Assembly (NCBI GenBank): GCA_964625685.1
Contig: CAZVBO010000003.1
Coordinates: 64,298 to 128,297, forward strand
DNA: 64,000 nucleotides
Direction: 5' to 3'
From: an uncultured Pseudomonadales bacterium
GTDB taxonomy: Bacteria > Patescibacteriota > Microgenomatia > UBA1400 > PJMF01
Below, one piece after another: positions 1 through 8,722 of this stretch. A program made the position numbers and the translations under genes. Every line of letters begins with the position of its first letter. The first letter of the stretch is position 1. The notes under the pieces were generated by a model that saw nothing but the letters and a program-made list of their open reading frames with translations, was not told where the DNA came from and did not search any database.

Positions 1-2586
1 CACTTTTTTAGATGATGGATCGAAACTAACATATTCACCAGTCTTTAGATGCTTAACTCTAATGCCTCCTATTGCACCACGTCCTAATTCCCGAGCTCTT
101 TGTGCCCCGTGAGAAACCAATCCAGCGTTTTCAATCACTAAGCCATCAGCTTGAACAATTAGAGGATCATGACTCAAATTCATCTGAGAAGCGACCAAAA
201 CAATGGGTAATGCTTGGTTACGATAAAAAACAAGTACTTCTCTAGCTGCTTCGACAGTTTCAAAATCTTCGATATTAACGATGATGGCTTCGGCTAAAGC
301 CTGACCCTGAGCTAGAAGTTTGCCAAATAGTTCAAAATGATCAGTAAGATCCTCATCTTCTTCACCCAACTGATCGATATCAGATTCACGAATTACAGGT
401 GGTAAATCAACAAAGCTATATTTATCAAACCGTTCTTGACGCTCCGCTATTTGTGCCTCAAATCTTTCAGGATTTTGAACAAATTCTTCAATCTCTCTAG
501 GATCAAGTGAAAAAATATCCTGTTCATCGATATTATAACGATCAGCTATTTCAACCAAAACATCCCTTAAAAGCGAGTATTCTTTGACAAATTGGTATTT
601 CACTGTCTCTCTTAGAGCCATATATGTTTGAGAAGCTCGCATCACCCTCTGAAACTCTACCTGTAAGTCAGGTTGAGAATCTAGGAGAGACAAAAGCTGT
701 GCTTCACTTCTCTCACGATCAGATTTTTGTCTCTCAAACTCGGAAGTATATTGATCTCTGGCACTATAAATACCTTCAACGTAATTATGGAGCGCATTTT
801 GGTCATCCTTCAATCGAGGATGTCGAATTTCAAGCATCTCTCCAGTGCTGTAATGACCTACTACTCGTTGGCCAATAGTTAATGCACTATGAAAATCATC
901 TGCACCCGCAATAAATAGATTTGCTTGTGTGATTTCACTACCTTCTAAACCTTGATTAAGTCCTGCAAAAGTGGCATTCACTTCATCTGGGCTCATGCCA
1001 TAATGCTCACCTAGCATCCCTTGCAATCTTTGTGAGTAATAAAATCCTAAACGAGCTGATTTTACAAAATGAACGCATGAAACAGTTCGCATATGCTCGA
1101 GGATGGATTGAGCTTGAATTACTAATTGATCAACAGTTAATTCCTGTAGATCAACCGCTTCCATTGCTTGAATGAATTCGTCTGTATCAGGTTTTCCTTC
1201 CTGTAAGTACTCAGCCATGAATGTATCTGCATGTCTAGCCATTCTGGCTTTAAAGTCTTGGTAAGTTCTAAAATACTCAGCACCCTTTTCTTGACCGTAA
1301 CGACTGTTAAGATCTTCTAAAGTTGGATCCTGAAGATATAAGCCCATCTCTGGGTACTCACCTTTTTCTGGGTCCATTTGAATTTGATCCAAATACTCAC
1401 TTACTAGTGTTTGATTGTATTCTTCTCTAGTTTCTGGAAACCCTGCATAAAAAGTATGGGCATCCCGAGCGATACTAAAATATGGCTTTCCGCCTACATA
1501 ATGCATAAACCCTACTGATTCATCACCCAACGGGTAGCCCATTTGCTGACGACCTAATTGAATTGCACCAGGAACACCACCACTTCCAGTAAAGATATAT
1601 GCAAAAACTCCAAAATCCATTTCCTTTGGCCTTGGCAAAAGTTCACTGAAATTGCTATCACTTAGCACAACAGTTTCGGAATTAAGATCTTGCTTTTCTT
1701 GGTGAATAATTTGTCTGACTCTTTCCTGTGTGTGTTGCACAATATCTTCACGACTCATTTCTAGATTGATCCCATTAACTTCTGTAGTAAGTGTTCTAGC
1801 CTGCAAAATATAAAGTTGTCCATCCTGAATGGCAAACTCGATATCTTGTGGAAGATTATCGAATGACTCTTTGATTTGAAGTGCTAGTTCAGACATATCT
1901 TCCACTTGCTCCTCAGGAATGCTAACTAGATCTGTATTTTTAGATTTGGTAATTCCTTTTTGTGTTGGAGAATAAATTAAAGTGCTCCCCTCAGTAATAC
2001 CATCAACTATCTGATTACCAAAACCAGTCGTATATTGGACTAAAATGCCTTCACCATCGACATCGGTATATATGACTCCTGAAATATCTGGTTCAATCAA
2101 TCTTTGCAATACAACAGCCATCTCAACTTGTGACCCTCCATTTTGATGAAGACTCAAATACTCTTGTACTTGTTGAGATTGTGCTTGTTCGTAAATCGCC
2201 GTCAAAGCCTCTTCAATAGATTGATCAGGAGATTGTAAATAAAATGTTTCAAATACTCCTGCCATACTCAAATCACGACCATCTTCACAAGTAGCAGAGC
2301 TACGAACAGCTACTTTCCCGCCCATTGATTTACGAATTCTTTCAAGCTCACGAATCAGTGAGGAATCAATTTGTCCAGTTTGCTGATAATGAATGAATGC
2401 TTCAGTAGAAACGCCAACAGCGGCTGGAACTGGAAAACCAGCGTGTGTTAGCTCGGCTAAATTTTTTGCTTTACCACCTACTAGATGCCCGTGTCCATTA
2501 ACCATTTTTTCAATGGTCAAAATATGATTGTGTCTCGGGACAATCATTTCATGATTGTATTTTTTATCTCTTTCTCTTCTTTGCAT
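1..2586 (-). CDS. PEP-utilising-family phosphotransferase with RPH/PigC-like architecture (N-terminal ATP-grasp PPDK_N, long central domain, phospho-His swivel domain); runs off the left edge
   Basis: Manual translation: MQRRERDKKYNHEMIVPRHNHILTIEKMVNGHGHLVGGKAKNLAEL...FPVP...VAVRSSATCED...SMAGVFET, and near the window edge GLVSHGAQRARELG...LKTGEYVSFDPSSKKV. Both ends are in the same frame. AAGGA RBS precedes ATG 2586. Absent from the track, consistent with no stop inside the window. Confidence 0.88.
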   Translation of the reverse strand, partial: MQRRERDKKYNHEMIVPRHNHILTIEKMVNGHGHLVGGKAKNLAELTHAGFPVPAAVGVSTEAFIHYQQTGQIDSSLIRELERIRKSMGGKVAVRSSATCEDGRDLSMAGVFETFYLQSPDQSIEEALTAIYEQAQSQQVQEYLSLHQNGGSQVEMAVVLQRLIEPDISGVIYTDVDGEGILVQYTTGFGNQIVDGITEGSTLIYSPTQKGITKSKNTDLVSIPEEQVEDMSELALQIKESFDNLPQDIEFAIQDGQLYILQARTLTTEVNGINLEMSREDIVQHTQERVRQIIHQEKQDLNSETVVLSDSNFSELLPRPKEMDFGVFAYIFTGSGGVPGAIQLGRQQMGYPLGDESVGFMHYVGGKPYFSIARDAHTFYAGFPETREEYNQTLVSEYLDQIQMDPEKGEYPEMGLYLQDPTLEDLNSRYGQEKGAEYFRTYQDFKARMARHADTFMAEYLQEGKPDTDEFIQAMEAVDLQELTVDQLVIQAQSILEHMRTVSCVHFVKSARLGFYYSQRLQGMLGEHYGMSPDEVNATFAGLNQGLEGSEITQANLFIAGADDFHSALTIGQRVVGHYSTGEMLEIRHPRLKDDQNALHNYVEGIYSARDQYTSEFERQKSDRERSEAQLLSLLDSQPDLQVEFQRVMRASQTYMALRETVKYQFVKEYSLLRDVLVEIADRYNIDEQDIFSLDPREIEEFVQNPERFEAQIAERQERFDKYSFVDLPPVIRESDIDQLGEEDEDLTDHFELFGKLLAQGQALAEAIIVNIEDFETVEAAREVLVFYRNQALPIVLVASQMNLSHDPLIVQADGLVIENAGLVSHGAQRARELGRGAIGGIRVKHLKTGEYVSFDPSSKKV

Positions 2587-2621
2587 TTTATTCCTTTATT
2601 TTTTTATTTCTTTCTCCCAAT

Positions 2622-2646
2622 AAAAAATCCGCCAAGGAGGCAGATT
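2622..2646 (-). terminator. Attenuator terminator upstream of the phosphotransferase gene
   Basis: Minus strand AATCTGCC-TCCTT-GGCGGATT-TTTT: stem with one G-U pair plus U tract, between the leader peptide and the CDS. Confidence 0.85.
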
Positions 2647-2683
2647 AGGGGAGAAATATACAACTAACCAGCTCCTGCTTTAT

Positions 2684-2734
2684 TTAGCTGAGCTGCCACC
2701 AAGAATAGTGATAAATAGTTGATTTATTTCTCAT
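2684..2734 (-). CDS. TrpL-like leader peptide MRNKSTIYHYSWWQLS
   Basis: 16-codon ORF with tandem TGG TGG four codons before the stop, followed by pause, antiterminator and terminator hairpins. Confidence 0.85.
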   Translation of the reverse strand: MRNKSTIYHYSWWQLS

Positions 2735-2745
2735 TACAGAAAACG

Positions 2746-2774
2746 AGTTTAACCTATCACTACTTCTTTGTAAA
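2746..2774 (-). promoter_or_regulatory. sigma70 promoter for the leader/phosphotransferase transcript
   Basis: Minus strand TTTACA-17 nt-TAAACT, 11 nt upstream of the leader ATG. Confidence 0.7.
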
Positions 2775-2789
2775 CTAGCAAACTAGTAC
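2772..2789. promoter_or_regulatory. TrpR-type operator
   Basis: AAACTAGCAAACTAGTAC matches the E. coli trp operator GAACTAGTTAACTAGTAC at 15/18 and overlaps the -35 element. Confidence 0.75.
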
Positions 2790-2834
2790 ACAAGTGCAAA
2801 TAGATTGACATATATGGAAAAATAAGATCTATTC

Positions 2835-2843
2835 TGATATAAT
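2835..2843 (+). promoter_or_regulatory. Extended -10 promoter for the DMT gene
   Basis: TGaTATAAT about 145 nt upstream of ATG 2989. Confidence 0.5.
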
Positions 2844-2988
2844 CTGAGCAATTTGCTTCTCGAGTAAATTAGCTCTTTAACAATTCATATCAGTCGGCAA
2901 CGCAGAGAGGTAAACAATGTTACTTTTTTGCGTTGCCGATTGGCAACACTAAAGTAAAAGCGCAACTAGTCCAAAAAAGGAGAAAAAC

Positions 2989-4011
2989 ATGGACGCGCAA
3001 CTAAGCAAAAGCAAGCCTCTCTGGTCAGTTTTCCTGATCGCATTGGGGTCAGCTCTGTTTCTGACCATCGAAAAAATCGTTGACAGTGTCATTAGCAATA
3101 ACTATGCCATTGCAAGCGATCCCATCACAGCGGCCTCAGCATACCTGTTTATCGGTGGCTGGTTTGGTCTGCTCGTTTCCATCGTTCTCGGTAAAGTTCT
3201 GGGTCGGCGTATTCCGGGTCACACCAAAATCGCCTTACCCAGCGCACTGCCGATGCGTCTTTCAGTTTTCGCTGGCATCTCGGCGGCCTTTGCCACTCTG
3301 CTGTTCCTCTGGGGCAATCAGCTCTTTGACCTCAGCATCATGGTAGCCATCTCAAACGGCTACGTATTGATGATCGTCATCTACGAGTGGATGGCTGGTA
3401 AGATCAAGGCTAACAAGTTCTTGCTCCCTGGCCTACTGACCGTGGTGAGCACGGTGCTTGTGGCATTCAACCCTGAGTGGTGGAATGACAGTGCGGTACT
3501 GCATGATGAAGCAGCGAAGTTGTTGATCATCTTCCTCGGCTTCAATCTGTTGGTCGCTTTTGATCGGCTGGTTACCAAGCCTGCCGTCGATCATAGCGAT
3601 CCCATCAATGTGCAGGTTGTCCGTATTGGTACACTCGCTATCACGGGGACTCTGTCTGCCTTCGTTTTGGCAATTACCCGTCAGGAATTCCCAGCCTTTG
3701 TGGAAGCATGTTCGAATATCATCACGTCTCCCGCTGTGTACTTCTTCCTGTTTTTGCTGTTCGCAGCAGTTTTTCTGGGCCAGGTTCTGGAACTGTGGGC
3801 GAAGCAGATCAACGTTGATGTATCCAGCATCGTGATCGTAATCGGACTCCATGTCGGTTTGGGATTTGTGGCCGCGTTGGTCATCGATGCCATTGCTCCC
3901 GGATTTGTAGGTGAGGTACCCGCAGAATGGACCACGCGAATCGTGCGCTTAATCGGTGTTGCCGGTTTGATCTTTGCCACTGTTCTCTTGCAGAACAAAA
4001 AGGCGAAGTAA
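2989..4011 (+). CDS. DMT/EamA-like multi-pass membrane transporter
   Basis: 340 aa, about 10 hydrophobic helices in two similar halves; AGGAG RBS. Confidence 0.6.
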   Translation: MDAQLSKSKPLWSVFLIALGSALFLTIEKIVDSVISNNYAIASDPITAASAYLFIGGWFGLLVSIVLGKVLGRRIPGHTKIALPSALPMRLSVFAGISAAFATLLFLWGNQLFDLSIMVAISNGYVLMIVIYEWMAGKIKANKFLLPGLLTVVSTVLVAFNPEWWNDSAVLHDEAAKLLIIFLGFNLLVAFDRLVTKPAVDHSDPINVQVVRIGTLAITGTLSAFVLAITRQEFPAFVEACSNIITSPAVYFFLFLLFAAVFLGQVLELWAKQINVDVSSIVIVIGLHVGLGFVAALVIDAIAPGFVGEVPAEWTTRIVRLIGVAGLIFATVLLQNKKAK

Positions 4012-4217
4012 TAACAATCGGTAGCTTTTGGTGGGGTGCATCGCGAGGTGCACCCCCACCCTCACACTGATATGAAACAATGTGAATAACGCTCGTTAAC
4101 AAGTAAATATACTTATCGGTAACACTTTGTGTCTCATTTTTGGGATATAATGTGTTGCCGATAGGCAACAAACCGTGAACTATCTCAATCCAACTTAAGT
4201 TGAAGGAGTTAAATCAA

Positions 4218-5240
4218 ATGGCAACAAAAGTCGTACTCACAGGTATGCGTACCACCGGTTCTCTCCACTTGGGCCACTATGTTGGTGCCCTCAAGCAGTG
4301 GAAAGAAATTCAAGATGCAGGAGAGCATGAATGCTACTTCCTGCTCGCTGATGTGCAGGCATTGACCACTCACGCCGATAATCCGGCATTGCTGACACGG
4401 TCAGTGATCGAAGTCACCAAGGACTGGTTGGCGGTGGGTCTAGACCCCACCTTGCCCTATGTCCACTTTGTCCAGCAATCGCAGGTGCCCGAACGCTATG
4501 AACTGTCGGCTTTGCTCATGATGATCGCGCGTTACAGCGAGGTCATGCGCAACCCCACCCTCAAAACGGAACTGGAACGCCAAGAAAACGCCTCTATGGG
4601 TTTTATGGCTTACCCGGTTGATCAGGTGGCGGATATCTATATGGTCAACCCATATCCAGTTAGCCGCGGGGACGAAGTTCTTGTCCCTGTGGGTGAGGAT
4701 CAGGTTCCCCACCTCGAATACGCACGTGACCTTGCCCAGCGTTTCAACCGTGACTATGGGCGTGTGTTTACGCCCTGCAAGCCGCTAGTTGGCGAAGTGG
4801 GTCGTTTGGTTGGCACCGATGGTCAGGCAAAAATGTCAAAGAGCATGGGTAACACCATTCAACTCAGCGACTCTGCCGATGAAGTCAAGAAAAAGGTAAT
4901 GGGGATGTTTACTGACCCGAATCACTTGCGGGTCGATGACCCAGGTGATTCCAGCGACAACAACCCTGTCTTCATGTACCTTCGCGCATTCGACCCCAAT
5001 CAGAACGAAGTCGAAGAACTGGCCGCCCACTATGCGGGTGGTGGTCTGGGCGACGTGGCAGTTAAACGCCGCCTTGTCGCCGTCCTGAACGACTTTCTGG
5101 ACCCGATCCGCCAACGTCGTGCGGAATTCGACAACGCTGACATTGGTCAGTTCATCTATGACGGCTCCATGGCCGCTCGTGAAGCTTGCACCCCTGTTGT
5201 ACAAGCTGTGCGCGAGCACATGGCTCTCGTCATCCCGTAA
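4218..5240 (+). CDS. trpS: Tryptophanyl-tRNA synthetase
   Basis: HLGH and KMSKS motifs, YPVxQxADI, VPVGEDQ; AAGGAG RBS before ATG 4218; TATAAT at 4146-4151. Confidence 0.97.
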   Translation: MATKVVLTGMRTTGSLHLGHYVGALKQWKEIQDAGEHECYFLLADVQALTTHADNPALLTRSVIEVTKDWLAVGLDPTLPYVHFVQQSQVPERYELSALLMMIARYSEVMRNPTLKTELERQENASMGFMAYPVDQVADIYMVNPYPVSRGDEVLVPVGEDQVPHLEYARDLAQRFNRDYGRVFTPCKPLVGEVGRLVGTDGQAKMSKSMGNTIQLSDSADEVKKKVMGMFTDPNHLRVDDPGDSSDNNPVFMYLRAFDPNQNEVEELAAHYAGGGLGDVAVKRRLVAVLNDFLDPIRQRRAEFDNADIGQFIYDGSMAAREACTPVVQAVREHMALVIP

Positions 5241-5328
5241 GCATTCACGGTTTTCCTATCGCAACAATCAACTTCAAACTACAAGCCTTGAAAGCCAAGT
5301 GCTTTGTGCTTTGAGGATTGATCCAAAC

Positions 5329-5393
5329 AAAAGCACATCTTTCGGGGTGTGCTTTTTTCATAAAAAAAGACCAGTCGTATTTCAGACTGGTCT
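5329..5393. terminator. Back-to-back intrinsic terminators for convergent genes
   Basis: AAAAGCACATC...GGTGTGCTTTTTT (plus strand) and A7-GACCAGTC...GACTGGTCT (minus strand). Confidence 0.75.
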
Positions 5394-5422
5394 ATTCACC
5401 TCTCGATGATCTTCATTCACGC

Positions 5423-6031
5423 TCAGCGTGGCTGAATTCCCATCTTTTGTAATGCATCTCGTTCTTCGTACTGAATGACCAGCTTTCCTGCAACTTGCTC
5501 TTCGCGAGCGAATTGCTCTCGAATGACCTGCGTTTTCCTGGTTGAACTCCAACCACTTGGATTGTGTTCTTCGATCCGGTAGCCAGATTGAGCCAACCAA
5601 TTTGCTGAGTATTGAGGGTCTTCTTGCTCATAAAAGAAGATAGCCTCAATAACACCGGGATTTGCTGGCTCATCCATGATGTTTTCAAAACCTGGTGGAC
5701 GGTAGCTGAACTGAAGCTCTGGGCATTGGTGTCCTTTGAATCGCCAGCACTCTACGGTTATTTGTTGACCAGGTTCCAGGATGTATCCGAGACCTTGCTC
5801 GAGCATCTCGAGACCGTCAACTATGCACAGGCCGTCCATGCTGACCACTGCAACGGCACGACGATTGCTATTATTTCTTAGGGAGATTGAAAAGCTTGCT
5901 CCCTTAGGACCATGAACGAATACTTCTTCATTGTGGAGATACTCTGTGAGAGTAATTCCACCCATCTTAATTCCCATACTGAACTGTGAATCTTGTGAAA
6001 TCACGATCTTTCTCCTTTGATTTTGATGCAT
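5423..6031 (-). CDS. Hypothetical protein
   Basis: 202-aa ORF followed by a terminator; no family recognised. Confidence 0.6.
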   Translation of the reverse strand: MHQNQRRKIVISQDSQFSMGIKMGGITLTEYLHNEEVFVHGPKGASFSISLRNNSNRRAVAVVSMDGLCIVDGLEMLEQGLGYILEPGQQITVECWRFKGHQCPELQFSYRPPGFENIMDEPANPGVIEAIFFYEQEDPQYSANWLAQSGYRIEEHNPSGWSSTRKTQVIREQFAREEQVAGKLVIQYEERDALQKMGIQPR

Positions 6032-6186
6032 TAACAGAGAGATGATTTTGGCACAAACAATTTTAAAACTTTCTCAATGCAGGCGATCTGCAAAAGAAGT
6101 TCACCGGTTCATACCAAAATAACTCTCTGCTCTATGTTAAAGAGCGAAAAGTACCCGAACATTATAGCTTATGAGGTAAAAAATCT

Positions 6187-6681
6187 CTATTCGACAGGAT
6201 TATCTTGCTTGTGAATACCCGCTTTTATTTTTTCTGAACCCTTTTTAAACATATCCTCTTCAGTTAAGGGGCTCATCTTTATAGTTGTGGTATATTCCTC
6301 ATGTAAAGATTGTGTTGCCTTGGTTAACTCTTCATCACTCATTGTTTCAGACAAAATCTCTTTTAAGAATCTTGCCTTATGTTTTAAAGCGGTGAAATTA
6401 TGACCTGCGGTACTGAATTCTTTATGTTTCTTTGATGGATCGAGTACACCAGAAATTGCTGCTATGGCTGCAGTAAAAACCGAAAACCAAATAGTCCATT
6501 CAGGAAAAACACCAGCTCCTGTTAAAATTCCACTGATCGCAGATGCTGTAGCGGGGACTATTTCAAAGATGTACTTTGTCCTCCTTGCACGTTTTGCTGA
6601 GAGATAGTGTGATTCAGCGATGTATTCACAATTATCTCTAATAACCTCACATTCGTTAACTAACTTTTTTTTCAATGTCAT
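6187..6681 (-). CDS. SLATT-family 2TM effector (CBASS)
   Basis: Two hydrophobic helices followed by a helical tail (LDPSKKHKEFSTAGHNFTALK); 4-nt overlap with the CD-NTase. Confidence 0.8.
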   Translation of the reverse strand: MTLKKKLVNECEVIRDNCEYIAESHYLSAKRARRTKYIFEIVPATASAISGILTGAGVFPEWTIWFSVFTAAIAAISGVLDPSKKHKEFSTAGHNFTALKHKARFLKEILSETMSDEELTKATQSLHEEYTTTIKMSPLTEEDMFKKGSEKIKAGIHKQDNPVE

Positions 6682-7622
6682 TCAACCTCCTCTGGGAAAA
6701 CGGTTCCAAATAATTCCCTCCAACCTGCAATTCTTGTAGTCTCTGGCAGGTTGGGGTTCAAGAGAGATATCATATTTTCTGAAATAATTGGCAAAGCTCT
6801 GGTCAAATATGATAAGGCTGGCTCTCGGATATAACGATCTGGAAAGTGAGAGCCTTGGAAATTAATCGGTTTATTCAGGTATTTCTGCATTTCGTTCACC
6901 ATATCAATTAGAAGCAGCGGAGTATTGATTGGAAAGTTATTTGCAATTCTGCGAGCTATAAGTCCTGGAAGTAACTCCGTTGCAAGTATTTCTAAATGGA
7001 CAGAGTCTAACCCCTCAATATCTAGAACATGACGCTTTAGGGCTTTGAGAACTTTGATAAAGGGTATTAATCTTCCACCTGTGGCTTTATTCATTTCTGT
7101 CAAGTAAACAACCTCAAAGTCGTAGTCAGCTATTTCCCAGCCATGTCCTTTCGCAACCCAATAACATCGGCCTTGTTGATAGGATTGAGCCCCATCTAAT
7201 GAAAGGCCTATGTTGTCACGGTATGCGGGAACGAGTTCTACCTTGATTTTTCCATCACCGTAAGGGAAGGTTACCGTTGGAGCATCTTGAACAGGATTCA
7301 TTGCAGAATATCTGTTGCTTCTTTGCAGTAATTCATCAAGAGTTCTAAGTGCTTGGTTGGAACTCAAGCCAGAAGGACTTCTAGTAGAGAAGGTGCCAAG
7401 TATCACTAGGATATCAATATCGAAAACATCATCTGGTCTTGGATGCACTCTGGTTTGTCTTTGCAATGAACCAATAAGCTTTGTTTCTATGGCTCTTGTC
7501 GAGTTATTTTCAAGATAAGTTCTTACTGCATTATGTCGCTGCTCAACCAAGCCCTGGTGAGTATCCTTCAGCTCGAGGTTTGATTGCAGCTTGGTAAAAT
7601 GTTTTCCTAAAAAAATTGACAT
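6678..7622 (-). CDS. CD-NTase/SMODS cyclic oligonucleotide synthase (CBASS)
   Basis: Pol-beta motifs GSLQRQT, DIDIL, VELVPA and C-terminal IKVLKALK...SVHLE. Confidence 0.88.
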   Translation of the reverse strand: MSIFLGKHFTKLQSNLELKDTHQGLVEQRHNAVRTYLENNSTRAIETKLIGSLQRQTRVHPRPDDVFDIDILVILGTFSTRSPSGLSSNQALRTLDELLQRSNRYSAMNPVQDAPTVTFPYGDGKIKVELVPAYRDNIGLSLDGAQSYQQGRCYWVAKGHGWEIADYDFEVVYLTEMNKATGGRLIPFIKVLKALKRHVLDIEGLDSVHLEILATELLPGLIARRIANNFPINTPLLLIDMVNEMQKYLNKPINFQGSHFPDRYIREPALSYLTRALPIISENMISLLNPNLPETTRIAGWRELFGTVFPEEVE

Positions 7623-7700
7623 ATTTATTAACTTTACTTATATGGCAATTTTACAATATAAAACCGGATATCCCAATTACAAAACGTGCTCTGCCTGCAG

Positions 7701-7776
7701 TGCTACCAATGCTACCAGCACCAGATAGCATTCAATCCTTCTGGACCCTGCAAACATGGTAAGACTGGCAACAAAA
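7701..7776. repeat. Iteron-like origin candidate, homologous to 12967-13040
   Basis: TGCTACCAA-TGCTACCAG-CACC...TGGTAAGAC-TGGCAACAAAA; 9-bp phased direct repeats followed by inverted copies. Confidence 0.55.
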
Positions 7777-7831
7777 AGCCCCATCCATAAGATGAGGCCT
7801 TCATTAGCGTTTTTATAAAAAGAACTTGCTA

Positions 7832-8299
7832 TTACAGTCCAACGCTGTCAGCACCGTAAGCAGCTTGTTCAGTGGTGAAACCTTCAAATTCTAGTTGTTT
7901 TATAAGACCATCTCTTGAGAAGCCTGACAAATCTTGATAGCTTTTAGCCTTTTTGGCAGCCTGTTCATTCCAGTCTGGACTAATTTTATCTACTGCGTAG
8001 GTAGCATCTTCTGTTGAGAATTTTTCAAATTCGAGCTGCTTGATTAAGCCACTTCTTGAAAAACCTGTCATACTGAGGTAAGAATTTGCTTTTCTAACAG
8101 CATTCTTCTGTGCTGTAGTCTCATTGGAAGTTTCTTCGACTTCGGCTGCTTCCTTAGCGTCACCTTTTTCCATTACTTCTGCTGATGGAGTTGAGTTATC
8201 AGATTTAGGTGTTTCATCTCCTGAACCAGCGATGGCGCCAATAACAAAGAGTACTACTAATGCGATAGCACCCCATTTGAGTAATTTTTTCATATTCAT
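7832..8299 (-). CDS. Ltp-family surface protein (superinfection-exclusion-like)
   Basis: N-terminal TM helix and two Ltp repeats A..Y....FSR.GLIKQLEFE.F..E.A.YA/GD. Confidence 0.88.
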   Translation of the reverse strand: MNMKKLLKWGAIALVVLFVIGAIAGSGDETPKSDNSTPSAEVMEKGDAKEAAEVEETSNETTAQKNAVRKANSYLSMTGFSRSGLIKQLEFEKFSTEDATYAVDKISPDWNEQAAKKAKSYQDLSGFSRDGLIKQLEFEGFTTEQAAYGADSVGL

Positions 8300-8360
8300 C
8301 CTTTATTTGGTATTTCTATCTGGGTGGTTCCAATATTATCACAATCTTTCTATATATGGA

Positions 8361-8636
8361 ATGGCTAAATATGGAAAGCACAACCAGAATAAAGATGTGC
8401 CAATAAGTATCAAAAATGACCAGTATCTGCCATATCGTGAGAAGCTTGGTGAAAGAATCAAGGACCTCAGGAAGAAGCGTGGACACACTCAGGAAAGCTT
8501 TGCTCTTGATGTAGTAAAGATGAACGTGTCTTATTTGGCGAAGATTGAAAACGGTTACGTCAACACATCTGTAAACTACCTTATCCGCATCGCCAAGGGC
8601 CTGAATGTGAAGGTCCGTGACTTGATTGAGTTCTAA
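8361..8636 (+). CDS. XRE-family HTH regulator
   Basis: LGERIKDLRKKRGHTQESFA...YLAKIENG; start moved to ATG 8361 to avoid overlap with the Ltp gene. Confidence 0.9.
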   Translation: MAKYGKHNQNKDVPISIKNDQYLPYREKLGERIKDLRKKRGHTQESFALDVVKMNVSYLAKIENGYVNTSVNYLIRIAKGLNVKVRDLIEF

Positions 8637-8722
8637 ACTTCCTTTTTTTTGCTTCACTTTCGTGCTTTTTACTGGTAATCTGGTCTAACTCGTATTCAAA
8701 AAGTGTAAAAAAGTATCGAACC

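Noticed and set aside
624-878. Plus-strand ORFs 624-878 and 2485-2667
   Set aside because: Shadows of the long minus-strand phosphotransferase gene and its attenuator.
2805-2843. TTGACA...TATAAT as one promoter
   Set aside because: Spacing is 27 nt; only the extended -10 was kept.
4012-4217. T-box riboswitch upstream of trpS
   Set aside because: No T-box consensus (GGTGGNACCGCG) or specifier stem; only a GC-rich hairpin at about 4030-4060, and a -10 lies downstream of it.
5221-5226. TGGCTC as the left att of element 1
   Set aside because: Lies inside the trpS coding end and a 6-mer is expected by chance; the left boundary stays unresolved.
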